The notes beneath the pieces were generated by a model. It was not told the origin of the DNA. It made no database searches and saw only the letters and a list, made by a program, of their open reading frames with translations. A DNA stretch of 64,000 nucleotides from Hypanus sabinus (Eukaryota). This document shows positions 37,330-49,790 of the stretch, piece after piece (the stretch's first letter is position 1; every line of letters starts with the position of its first letter). A program made the translations under genes and the position numbers. Where the stretch lies: positions 186,001 to 250,000 of the forward strand of contig NW_026781548.1 in NCBI RefSeq assembly GCF_030144855.1, in the 5' to 3' direction.

Positions 37330-37890
37330 TTAAAGCCTAACTATAATACATCTGGATGAAGTGAGTTGTTTGTTCTCACTGTCTGTCCTGTCTATCGCCA
37401 GTTCAGCCTCACGAATGATCTGGATCTCGTCCAGTTCCACATCCAGCTCTTTAACGCGGATTGTCTGAAGCTGCAGCTGAACGCAGCTCTCGCGGATATC
37501 GTCGCCAGGGTAACTAGAGTTGTCTATGCCATCCCAGATTCCGCAACAGGAGCATTCAACCAGCCTGCCTGGCATCTCTGTTATCCAATCTGATCAGATA
37601 TAAAGAAGGGAAGGAAATAAAAAGCTCATAGCCAAGAGTTTTCTTCTATTTGCCTGCTTTGACTAAAGACTCATTGAGCTGACGCCTCCGCGAGCAGAAG
37701 CCTGAAGATCACCTGCTTGACGGTCCATTCAGACGGTGGATACTGCAGTTGCCTCTGCAAACAAACGAGAAAAGCCACCTGGTCTCTGGCCAAAGCTGCA
37801 TTTTCACCCGCTGTCACCTTTTATGCCCGTGCCGATTAAACTCCTCTCCTCCGAAATCACCCGAAGACCCGATTTGTCGCTTGGCTAAAC
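37330..37890 (-). mobile_element. CR1 5' UTR and ORF1 N-terminus upstream of GPCR C
   Basis: ORF 37330-37575 MPGRLVECSCCGIWD...ESCVQLQLQTIRVKELDVELDEIQIIREAE is the CR1 ORF1 Cys motif plus leucine zipper. Confidence 0.8.
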
Positions 37891-38229
37891 TCTTTTTTCT
37901 GAAAATCATTATTTTAGCATTATCCAACTCGATATCATTTTCAAACTACCTATGCATCTATAATTGTTAAGAACTATCTATGCAAAAATTATTTTAAATC
38001 TATTTATATCATCATTCTTGTTTATATTATTTTTAATTAGTATTTTCTGCGTGTGCCTTCCTTTCTAGACTGGTTGTATATCAGTGTCTAACTGTGTGCC
38101 AATAATTTTCAATTGTGTGTCCATTTACAGAAACGGCACATATCCGTGGACGGCCGACGGCTGGGATTATTAGATACACTTCCAATCTGCGTCTGCACTG
38201 CTTCTCTGACGGTATGAAAACAAAAAGGG

Positions 38230-38320
38230 TTCACTGCACCTGTCAGAACAAATAAACAAATTATGGGAGTATCCGTGGGGAGTGACGACGTCAATCTGGT
38301 TGGCTGTACTATTAGTATGT
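38230..38320 (+). promoter_or_regulatory. Duplicated GPCR promoter block (partly deleted variant)
   Basis: cactgcac...tccgtgggg agtgacGACGTCA (38287-38293)...tattagt. Confidence 0.5.
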
Positions 38321-38442
38321 ACAGAATCCCTCACACGACAGTTTCGGTGAGAACCGACAGTCTACGCGATCAGAGATCAGCGGCTTCAGAGAGAGAGAAG
38401 ACAGAGTCTGGGTCGCGAACAGGAGTCTGGACTCTCTCAGCA

Positions 38443-38614
38443 ATGGATCATAATCTTCAAAATATATCGCGCAATGCTACGGGAAATGTGAAGAATATTT
38501 TCTGTACGGCGCAATATTTTCTCAATAGCCTGAAGTTGGAGTATCGAATCACTATGGCGCTGGGGACATTCCAACTGGTTTACTACCCTATCCTCGCCAT
38601 TGTTGCTCTTCCTG
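38443..38614 (+). CDS. GPCR copy C exon 1 (MDHNLQNISRNATG...QLVYYPILAIVALP)
   Basis: ATG at 38443 and 172 nt. G|GTAAGT donor at 38615, phase 1. Confidence 0.92.
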
Positions 38615-38749
38615 GTAAGTGTCTTGTCTCTTCCTCATGATTACGTAGAACAATATAAGTCAGATTCTCTTCCATACTTGTCTATTAAAGACTCGCTTAT
38701 TGCACGGCTGGTCTTTCCAACGGGTATCGCTACAGCAATCATCGGCTGA

Positions 38750-41000
38750 CTGTATTTGGTAAGGTACCCCATGCAATTTTTATTGGGAAAGTAAGGAGGC
38801 ACGTGATCCTAGGGCACATTGCTATGTGGATCCAGACACGTCTTGCCCACAGAAGGAGAAGTGTTGTTGTAGACGGTCATATTCTGCTTTGAGGTCGTTG
38901 ACCAGTCGTGTGCTTCAGGGATCCGTCCTGGCACCCCTACTCTTCGTGATTTTTAAAAATGACCTAGGCGAGTAAATGGAGCGATGGGTTAGTAACTCTT
39001 CTGATTGCACAAAGGTTGGAGATGTGGTGGAAATTCAGGAGGTCGGCCAGAGGTTACAGCGGGATATTGATAGGATGCAAATCTGCCCTAAGACGAGACA
39101 AATGCAGTGCAACACAGATAAGTGTGAGTTCGCTCATTTTGGTAGGTCAATTATGATAGTAGAATATGGTATTAACGGAATTAGTTAAACAAATAAATAA
39201 GTAGCTCCGACGTCTCACCAGTTAAAAGCATGAGGCCACGTGGTCATCATCACTGCCATTAGACAAAGAGTGCAGAGGCATATTAATATGTTCAGCGAAA
39301 GTGCCACCGTCTGGAAGACTGAGTGAAATGTTAGTAAATGCGAGGTCATCCACTTGGGAAGGGCAAATGGAAGAAGAGAATATTATTTAAATAGTAAACG
39401 ATTGCAGTATGCTGTTGTGCGGAGGCACTTTGGAGTGCTTGTGCTTGAATTATAAAAGATTGGTTTGCAGGTGCAAAAGCCCAGCAAATGGGAAGTACGT
39501 CTTTGTTGCCAGAGGGATTGAATTTCAGAGCAGGGAGACTATGCTGCAACTGCACAAGGTACTGGTGAGGCGGCATCCGGAGTACTGTGCAGTTCTGGTC
39601 TCCCGAGTTGAGGACTGATAAATTGTCTGTGTAGACGGTTCACCAGCTGATTCCAGAGAAGAGGTGGTTGGAATATCAGGGGCAAAGGAGTTGAAAGATT
39701 AGAGGAAATCTTCTGCGAACATATAAAATTACGGAAAGGGTAGATCCGACTGTGGAAGCAAAGTTGTTTCCACTGGTTGGTGAGACAAATCAACGGAAAA
39801 TAGCATGTGGATTTAGGAGCGTGATGAGGAACAACTTCTTCCTCAGAGGGTAGTGAATCTGTGGAATTATCTGCTCAAACGAAACAGTGGAGGCTACCTG
39901 AATAAGTATATTTAAGAATGGTTGGCACTGTTTTTTGCATATTAGAAGAATTAAGGGCTACGGGGAAATGGTATGTAGGCGTGATCAGTGGTTGGTAAAT
40001 TGTTGGAGAAGATCTTGAGAGGCAATATTTATGCTAAATTTAGAGAAGATTAATATGATTAGGAGTAGTCAGCTTTGCTTTGGCAAGGGCAGATCGTGCC
40101 TTACGAGCCTGATTTTATTTTTTTGCGGATGTGACGAAACACAATGATGAAGGAAGAGCAGATGTAGAGCGTATGGATTTCAGTAAATCATTTCATAATG
40201 TACCCCATGCAAGGATTATTGAGCAAGTAAGGAGGCATCGGATCCAAGGGGACATGCTTAGTGACTCTAGCACATGGCTTCCCACCGCAGGCAAAGATTG
40301 GTTCTAGACAGGTCATATTCTGCATGGAGGTCGGTAACAAATTGTGTGCCTCAGTGATCTATTGTGGCAACCGTACACTTCATGATTTTGTAAATGTCCT
40401 GGATGAGGAATTGAAGGGACGGATTAGTACATTTGCTGGTGTCACAAAGATTGGAGGTGTTGTGGATAGTGTGGAGGGCTGACAGAGGTAACAGGGAGAC
40501 ATTGATAAGATGCAAAACTGGACAGAGAACTGGCAGATGGAAATCAACCCAGATCCAGACCAAAGTGGCTTATTTTAGTAGATCAAATATTATTGCAGAT
40601 TATAGTGTTAATGGTAAGACTCTTTGTAGTATGGAGGATCAGAGGGATCTTGGGGTTCGAGTCTATAGGGCACTCAAAGCAGCTCCCAATGTTGACTTTG
40701 TAGTTAAGAAGGCACATGGTTTATTCACCGTCATGAATAGTTGAATTCGTTTTAGGAGCTGAGAGGTAAAGTGCTTGGTTGTACGTACGGAGGAGATGTC
40801 ATGGGGATTTTTGTAATGCAGAGAGTTGTGAGTATGTTGAATGTGCTGTCTGTCTACGATGGTGGAGGGGGGCGCGAGAGGGTCTTTGAGAGACGTTTGG
40901 ATAGTTATTTTGAGGTTAGAATAATAGAGGTCTGTGGGTCAGCCTCGTCATTCCTCAGTTGGGGACATGTTCGACACAAATTTGTCGGCCGAGGAGCCTA
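38750..41000 (+). mobile_element. Stacked CR1 fragments in intron 1 of GPCR C
   Basis: RT motifs (QGSVL, FAGVTKIGGVVD, EDQRDLGVRV). Same order of fragments as in the GPCR B intron. Confidence 0.85.
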
Positions 41001-41818
41001 TAATTTTTCTATATTTCTGTTACCAGATCCGCCGTGATCACTTTCATTGCCAGATCATGCCTGCTGGAACAGATGGCTATTGCCTGATACTATTGCTAAT
41101 CTTCTTATGTTTTCATTTTCTCTCGTGTTTACAGCTGAGGGGACCTGAAATTCTATTGCCGTGATGAATGGCATATTAATCACTATATTATTCTCTTAAA
41201 CCCTCTCTGTCTTAATTCATTTTTCTGACGGCAAAGATCAGCATACATTCCAGCCATTCATTGATTAGCCCACAGGACACGGCATCTGAATTTAGCCATT
41301 CGAGAACCGAGTCTTCTCCATCATTGTTGATCCCTCTGAACTACATTGTGGCCACCACTCGCCGTATGCGCTGACACTCCGACGAATCAACAGCCGATCA
41401 CTCTCCGCTGAAAAACCATCCAATGAACCGACCCTCGTAGCCGTCTGTAGCGAAAAATTCCTCACATTCACCAGTCTTTGTGTAAGGAAATTGCTCCCCA
41501 TCTCCGATCCAAAAGGATGTCGTTCTCTTGTGAAATATCGTCTTCAAGTGCAGACTCCCCAACTACAGAAGCTACGTCTCTAAGTCCACGATATCTCGGC
41601 CTTTCAATATTCGGCATATTTCCGTGAGGTTCCCCTTATTCTTCTGAACTTCAGCCAGTACATTATATACACTACCGATTTAGTAATGGCTCCCGATAAT
41701 CTCCTCAGCAGAAATATTAATTCCATATTCACCTCTGCTCTCGGAAGTGTTGTGCATAAAAGTAATACAATGTTTCCATCAAAATGAGTGTTAATGGTCT
41801 TCATTTCTCTCTGCACAG

Positions 41819-42780
41819 TGAACGTGGTGACATTAGTTATCCTGTCGCGGGGAAAGTGCGGTCTTTCCAAAGGCGTCACACGGTATCTGGTTGCCATGGT
41901 AGCAGCGGATCAGCTCGTCGTTCTCTTTGATCTGGTTTTGAACAAGATTCCAGTGGCTTACATTCCAGGAGAGATTTTCCTCTGGTCGCATCGCGTTCCC
42001 GTGTGCAATATCCACGCCGTCGTGCTCTACGCCGCCACGGACTGTTCTGTCTGGTTCACCGTCACTTTCACCTTTGATCGATTTGTCACCATTTGTTTTC
42101 AGAAACTGAAACGAGAATACTGCACCGGGAGAGCGGCGGCTCTGGTTCCGGGGTCAGTGACTGTGCTGAGCTGTGTAAAGAACTTACCCTGGTACTTTTT
42201 GCTCGATGGGTCATATTCGGTATTAGGTACGTCCCTGGTGTGTTATGGCAGTTACCGTTTATTATCCCCACCTCAGCTGGCAACATTTCTGGCGATTCAT
42301 TTCGTCTTCACCCCAATATTACACTTTATCCTGATTCTGTTGTTAAACATTTTAACCATAAGGCACGTCTTCGTGGCCAGCCGAGCCCGGAGGAGACTCC
42401 GTGTTTCGCGCGATGGAGAGAAGCCAGCCGACCCGGAGATGAAGAACCGCAGGCAATCCCTCCTGTTACTGCTGGCGATGTCGGTGAATTTCATCCTGCT
42501 GTGGGCGCTGCTGACCGTGTATTCCGTATGGGAGATCCTCAATTTTTCCGTTTTACCCCCGTATTCTCTGCGGGAGCTTGGCTACATAATGCAACCGCTG
42601 AGCTGCTGCACAAACACGGCCCTTTACGCCGTGGTTCAGGCCAGGTTCAGGGCTCAGCTGAAGGAGACGGTGAAATCACCCTTCCGACTAATGGCAAAGT
42701 TCATTTGGCGCTGTCAGGAGAGTATTAATCCTCAAAGACATTTCTCCCATACCGTCGTAAATATACCTGTTCGTCAGTAG
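41819..42780 (+). CDS. GPCR copy C exon 2; open frame, class A orphan GPCR GPR139/GPR142-like
   Basis: Acceptor ctgcacAG at 41817-41818. DRF and NTALY motifs. TAG at 42778-42780. C-terminus is longer than in the paralogs. Confidence 0.92.
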
Positions 42781-45700
42781 CATTTGCAGTTCGACTGGCG
42801 CTGTGGACGTCCCTGAATAGCTCCCGCCCTCAACTCATCTGTGCAGCCACACTATCCCCAGTTTGCCTGCACTCTGCTGCTTCCTGTTTACTTTTACCAC
42901 GGGTTCATTGTAATGTCTCCTTCAGTACCACCAATTGTGTGATTCTACCATTTCTTCATGCGAAGCTTTGACATCACCATCGCATTACAACCGGTGTGCC
43001 CTACCGGTATTCCATACATCCCGAATGCCTGCTAAGGTACGTTCGATGTAGCACTATCTCTTTCCTCTGGCGAGGGTTATTGGCTGCAAGAGCCTTTGCA
43101 TTTGAAACGTTGAGGATCACTGGTTATCGTGAACAGGCTGCAAGTCTCCACTTGCAACGGAGTCCTCTGCAGGTCTATCTACTCCCTCGAGAATAAATTA
43201 ATAACCAGCACTCGTGAAGCGGGACGTCCAATCGTGCATCGCTAGCAGCAATCCCCATGGAAAAAGTTGTGAAATTAAAGAGATTCATGGATATTAGTAA
43301 TGGTCCTTCCTTTCGAATTGGATTCAGTACTTCCGGTATGTCGGGAAGATGATTGCTGAAGAAAGGGGACATGATGTCCATTTTTTTATTCATTCCCTCG
43401 TACTTGGCCGTTGTCCTTCTCCGGTTGATCATCCGCCGTTCTACTCACTTCCCGCTGCTGTCTGTGAAGCGTGACAGCCTGGGTGTCCTTGGCGTAGTCC
43501 TGATTCCTTCCATGGACCAAACACCTAGGGGCGTACGTTGGGATTAGACTGGAAGTAAGACTTTTGGGAAGGACTGGTTCCGGAAGAGTGAGACAGGAGA
43601 CTGAGTTTCTTTGGATAGCAGGGCTTCAAATAGAGTCCAGAGGGCAGTGGTGGAGGGCAGCCATTCTGCATGGGACAATTGTTGGGAATGCTCTGGCGTT
43701 TGACTTGGATGATAATGGGCTTGACTCATAAGAACTCTTGCAGGCGACACAAACGTAATGGAGTTGTCCATGTTGAGGGAGCTTTGTAAAAGTCCAGTTG
43801 GAAATGCGGCTGGAGAAATGACAACTGTGTCAGACTAATACGATAGTTCAGAGTCGAACGTTAGAAAAATAATAGAATAGGATTTTTTTTCAAATTTAAA
43901 GAGAATGGAGAGAACAAAAGATGGTTTATGCTGAGCTATTATAAAACTGTTCAGCTTGGTCGAAGCAACTGTTCGTGGACATCTAATTCAGTAACTGTGT
44001 TGTTTGATTCACTCATCTGCAAACAGAAACGCGTAGAATTATATGCCGCCAGCAGATGACAGATTATAATGCATTGAGTTTATGTTGGAACCCAGCAATC
44101 GCAATTTAATCACAACGTATAAAGAACAGTCCATATTTAATGTAATAGGCGGATTAATATCCTTGCAGATTACACAAAAGAAAACACTGGTATAAAAACG
44201 TACACAAAGTGCCGGGCAATTTTCGTGCGGTAGTTTGAAGTTCACTCTAAAGGGCAAGCCGTTTACAAAGGGAATAGTGGGCATATGGAATGCCCTTCCT
44301 GGTGTGGTAGTCGAGGTACAAGGATAAGTGGCCTTTCAAAGAAACCGATACAGATTTGTGCCAATGAGGAAAATGGAAGGATATGCTCATTTTACAAGCA
44401 GAAAAGATAAGTTAGCCATTATATAAACATAGAAAATCTGCAACACAATACAGAAAATTCGGACGTCAATGCTGTGCCGAATATTTACGTACATTATAAA
44501 TTACCTCGTGTTAACGATTGACCTCTCTTTTTTTATGCTCCGTGTGCCTATCCAGGAGTCTCTTAAAATACCTTATCGTATCCGCGATTACCATCGACAA
44601 CGTCAGCCCTTTCCACGCAGTCACCAATCTTCGCGTGTAAAAATAAACGTAACATGACTTCTCACTACACCTCCTTCCAGCAGCTTAAAGCTGTGCCCAA
44701 TGGCAGGGATAAAGCCTCTGATTATCCAAATGATGAATGCGTCTCATCATCCTATACAGCTGTATAAGTTCACCACTCATCAAATTTAACCTCATTTAAT
44801 ATCTCGCGACGGTTATATTAATTTCTGGGGTCTATTCTTCCTGAAAAATTATTTCTATTTCTGAGAAAATCAGATCACCCTATCTGCCAACAACCATCGC
44901 TCTGCTGTCAAATCAATTTCCGTTATTTGGCCTGAAAATAACTGAATCTACCGGGGTAACAGGTGTATACGTTATACTGGCCTCCCGACAGTAGCTGCAA
45001 TACAGACCACAGATTTCAACTGGAAAAATGTGTGCCTAAAGGATAATGTATTATAGTCATGGGATCTTTCTACATGCAGCTCGATTGGGTTTGGCTAGTA
45101 TTTTTGCAGTTTGTCCTGAGGCCGACTGGTGGATGATCTATACTGGATTGTGTGCAATGAATTGAATAGGAAATTATTATGGAGTTTAAGGTACACGAAC
45201 CTTTAGAATGCAGTAATCAAAATATAGTTGAATTCAATTTGAAATAAGATATGGAAAAATAAAATCCGACTCAGGAGTATTTCAGTCGAATAAGGAGAAT
45301 TAGAGGGGAATGAGAATGGCCTGGGNNNNNNNNNNNNNNNNNNNNNNNNNNNNNNNNNNNNNNNNNNNNNNNNNNNNNNNNNNNNNNNNNNNNNNNNNNN
45401 NNNNNNNNNNNNNNNNNNNNNNNNNNNNNNNNNNNNNNNNNNNNNNNNNNNNNNNNNNNNNNNNNNNNNNNNNNNNNNNNNNNNNNNNNNNNNNNNNNNN
45501 NNNNNNNNNNNNNNNNNNNNNNNNNNNNNNNNNNNNNNNNNNNNNNNNTACGGGCTTGTAAAATTATAAACGTCGAAGGTAGGTTGTTTGCCAGGTTCCA
45601 TACATACAATGACCAGGTTTGAGCAAGAGAGGAAACGCTGATGGATCGGGACTGGAATTGGATGCGAAAGGCAAATTTATGAATGGGATGAGGAGGACGG

Positions 45701-46699
45701 CGCTAAGTTGGAGACAGGAGAGGGGGATAAAAGCATAAGAAATAAAAAGATGAAGAAAGGGTGACATTGTGAATCAAGAGAGTTGAAGGGGGTGGGGGGA
45801 GGAATCCCGTACATCAGGTAAAGCCGCTGTTTGTAACAAGTTTGTATCTTCTCGCAGTCCACTGAAATCTTAGACCCGGGGACACAGTGTCGAAGTAGAA
45901 GGGCGTCCTTTTAGAATGGAGGTGAGGAGGAATTAACTTCAGACAGAGAGTGGCGAATCTTTTGAATTATTTAAGGCAACTGGTGATAGATTCTTGATTT
46001 GCGCATGAGGAGATAAGGGGAGAAAGAGGCAGACTGGGGCTGAAAACATGAAATTAGATCAAACATGATGAAATGACGGAATTGACTCGGTAGACCAAAT
46101 AGGCGAATTCTGCTCGAANNNNNNNNNNNNNNNNNNNNNNNNNNNNNNNNNNNNNNNNNNNNNNNNNNNNNNNNNNNNNNNNNNNNNNNNNNNNNNNNNN
46201 NNNNNNNNNNNNNNNNNNNNNNNNNNNNNNNNNNNNNNNNNNNNNNNNNNNNNNNNNNNNNNNNNNNNNNNNNNNNNNNNNNNCCATCGAAACGTACTAA
46301 TATCAGTTCAAATGAAGGAAACATGAAACCTACCTCGTTACCTTCTCTGTATATAATTTAACTCTTCTCGGTCTGCAAACTTTCTGACTGCCTCACTTAA
46401 TATGGTAATGCCCCGCTTTTACCACTCTCCTTTATCATTTTCCACTCACCATCCCTCCTTTCACCTCCGTCTGGTGCTCCTCCCCTTTTTCTTTCTTCTA
46501 TCCTCACCTATCAGACTCGCCTTTTCCCAACCCTGTATGTCGTTCACCAATCAATCTCCTAACTTTTTTATTTCACAACAAGGCTTTTACGAGATGGGGT
46601 TGCTGTCCCTGTGCCGAGTCCTCTCCCTTCCGCCACCGACTCTCTCTGGGCGGAGTCTGATTCCATCGATCTATGAGAGATTTTGGGTGGAAATACTTG

Positions 46700-46886
46700 C
46701 CGATGCAGCGCAGGATGATCTGTCAATCATCGAGAGGGGGCGTGGATACGGACTCCTGATGTACTGTCGGCTGGGCAATGTAAACTAGATTGAAAGCCCG
46801 TTCCCCTCCTCGCCACTCTCAATGGCAAGAGTGAAACGTCAATGTGGTCATGTTTGTCTTACTGGTGATAATAACGTTATTTCATG
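46700..46886 (+). pseudogene. TRBV: Orphan TCR V promoter and leader exon (V0; leader 46850-46886, MFVLLVIITLFH-G) with no V exon visible
   Basis: 37-nt leader closely resembling the V1 leader MFVLLELLIWFH, ending G|GTGTGT. An upstream GC box (gggggcgtgg ~46736-46745) aligns with the V2 promoter. Followed by a pyrimidine-rich intron-like tract, an N gap, a microsatellite and the 3' end of GPCR D. Confidence 0.7.
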
Positions 46887-47375
46887 GTGTGTGTTTCATG
46901 AAGCAGGGCTGTTTTGAATCAGCTTCTTCTGCACGTTTTATTTCTCACAGTCACTCACTATCGCACTGGCTTTCTGTCCTCAAGTTTTTTTTATGTATTC
47001 TCTCGCCATCTTCTTCTCTTTTCTCTCATCCCCTTTATCTGTATCGCTTTTCCGTACGCATTCACAGTTTGTAATTGCATAACATCGCTCAGCTCTACAA
47101 CTTTCTTTTTTTTAAAAATTTTCCACCTTCACCCGTTCGTCTGTTATTCTCCTTTCTGCCCGTATGTTCACCTGTCCGTCTCCATTTACTTCCACCTTAT
47201 AGTAACCTGTTATTGCTCCTGCGTACTGGTTCATGTTCTAAATATTTTTAACTCTCTTCGTGTCTGTTTGTCTGTTTCCTTATCTAACTGCTCGCCAATC
47301 CGTTTATCTGTCTATCTATCCACAACGCTCTGGCGATCGATGTGTTTACGGATGTATATATGTATCCATCTGTTT

Positions 47376-47506
47376 NNNNNNNNNNNNNNNNNNNNNNNNN
47401 NNNNNNNNNNNNNNNNNNNNNNNNNNNNNNNNNNNNNNNNNNNNNNNNNNNNNNNNNNNNNNNNNNNNNNNNNNNNNNNNNNNNNNNNNNNNNNNNNNNN
47501 NNNNNN
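47376..47506. other. Assembly gap (N run) at the expected position of the V0 exon
   Basis: Run of Ns. Other gaps are at 7157-7391, 28685-28814, 45326-45548, 46119-46283, 58792-58925 and 59903-60051. Confidence 1.
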
Positions 47507-47515
47507 TCTGTCTAA

Positions 47516-47575
<60 letters not shown>
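47516..47575 (+). repeat. (TATC)n microsatellite
   Basis: Seen directly. Confidence 0.97.
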
Positions 47576-47677
47576 ATTCAATTACGTTAATTGGAACTTG
47601 ATTGTCCATTTTTCCGTTTCTCGGGGCTCAGAGTGAATTATTTGTCCAGCAACACCGATTCCGGTAAGGGAGAAGTG

Positions 47678-48597
47678 TCAAGGAGGATTAATGCCGTCCT
47701 GACAACGCCGAGTGAACTGTGCCTTCAGACCTAAGAGCGATTTCACGGTCTCCTTCAACTGCAATCTGAACTTGGCCTGGACCACGGCGTAAAGCGCCGT
47801 GTTGGTGCAGCAGCTCAGAAGTTGCAGCATGTAGCCCAGCTCCCGCAGTGAATCCGGCGGCATTACGTATCGATATAGGCTGTCCCAGACGGAATACACC
47901 ATCAGCACCGCCCATAGCACGATGAAATTCCCCGACATCACCAGCAGTAACAGGAGGGATTGCCTGCGGTTCTTCATCTCCGGGTCGGAGGTCGTCTCAC
48001 CATCGCGCGAACCGCGGAGTCTCCTCCGGGCTCGGCTGGCCAGTAGGACGTACCTGATGGTTAAACTGTTGAGCAGGAGAATCAGGACAAAGGGAAATAT
48101 TGGGGTGAGGAGGAAATGAATCATTAGAAAAGTTGTATACGCAGATAGGGAAAAATAACCTGGACTTTTCCAACAGAGCATGGGCGACACTCCCATCGAA
48201 TAAACCCCATCGAGGAAATAGTACCAGAAAATATTCTTTACGCAGCTCAGCAGAGTCACTGTCCCCAGAACCAGAGCCGCCGCTCTCCCGGTGCAGTATT
48301 TTCGTTTCAGCTTCTGAAAACAAATGGCGACAAATCGATCAAAGGTGAAAGTAACGGTGAACCAGACAGAACAGTCCTAGGCGGCGTAGAGCACGACGGC
48401 GTGGATGTTACACACGGGAACATGGACTGACCAGAATAAAAGCTGAATTGGCATGTAGGTGACCAGAATCTTGCTCAGTACCAGATCGAAGAGAACGACG
48501 AGCTGATCGGCCGCAACCATGGCAACCAGATACATTGTGACGCCTTTGGAGAGACCGCACTTTCCCCTCGACAGGATGAGGATTGTCATCAAGTTCA
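47678..48597 (-). pseudogene. GPCR copy D exon 2 with an in-frame nonsense codon in TM3
   Basis: Acceptor ctgcacAG at 48599-48598. YAA-TAG-DCSVWF (TAG at 48379-48377) where the paralogs have ACG (Thr). The frame is otherwise open to TGA at 47678. Confidence 0.9.
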
Positions 48598-49790
48598 CTG
48601 TGCAGAGGTAAATGTAGACTATTAACACACACTTGGATGGGAACATTCTTCAAAAGCAGTTATTTTAATCGATAGCTCTTCCGACAGCAGATACGGACAT
48701 GGAATCAATATAAGTACTAAAGAGAATATCGGGAGCCATTATTAAATAGGTAGTGATTATAATGTACCGGCGGAAGTTCCGGAGAACGAGGGGAGTTTCA
48801 CTGAAACCTATAGGATATTGAAATGCCTAGATATCGTGGACGAGGAGGAGTGTAACATCTGTAGTGGGGGAGTCAGCAACTAGAAAACGAGGGTTACAAT
48901 AGAAAGATACCACTTTCAAAAAGATGTGGGTAGAAATTTCTTTAGACCTGAGCTGGTGAATGTTAGAATTCCACGTCAGTGACGGCTCTGCCATGACAGC
49001 ATACTGCAATCGTTTACCACAGAATAGTATTTTGTTTTTTTAATTAGTCGTTCCCAAGTAGCTGACCTCGCCTTCAGCAACGTTGTGTTCGGTGCGCCTA
49101 GACGCTTGTACTTCCGCTTAAAAAATCGACATCCATCTGCAGGCTCCCAGATCCTACTGGACTATTTGTGTAGGCGGTAGATCATGGCAGAAATGATGGC
49201 CGCGTGACCTCATTATCTTTAACACTGGAGCCTCGATGTATTTTTTTATTCTTTCATTCATTCCTTCATTCATTCATTCAAACCTTCCTTCCCTCCTTCG
49301 TTCCTTCCTTGCTTCCTTCCTTCCTTCCAGCGATGCAGACCCTCCAACAAACATCGGGAAAGCTGAAGTATCCCACCATGTCCCTTATGTATTGTGGAAC
49401 ATAAAGCACCGGACGCATGTGTACGGTTCACGGAGGGAGCAGGTGTAATTTGCTAGAACACTGCCCGGATTGGAGGGCACTCACTGTGAGGAGAGGTTGT
49501 GAGAGCTCCGACTTGCCTCTGTGGGAGTGAAGGTGCATGTGAGGTCACTTGGTGGCAGTGTTTAACAGGAGAAGTGACACAGGTAACGTCTGCCTGACAG
49601 CGAAGGAACCAGGACACTGACAGCCCCAAAGTTGGAGAACGAACGTCCGTAACTCGCTCTGCATATGCTGCTGAAGCGAGACCGGTTTGAGAGAACTGCC
49701 ATGCAATTAGCGAGTCGTTAGAGGACAGGAATGAAAGAAAAGCTGACATATCTTTCAACGTTCAGTATGAGGAATAGATGAATCACCTAC

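Noticed and set aside
46914-47636. Long hydrophobic ORFs over pyrimidine-rich tracts (also 59776-60424 and the first part of 63115-63651)
   Set aside because: Low-complexity intron-like sequence that lacks stops by composition, partly spanning N gaps.
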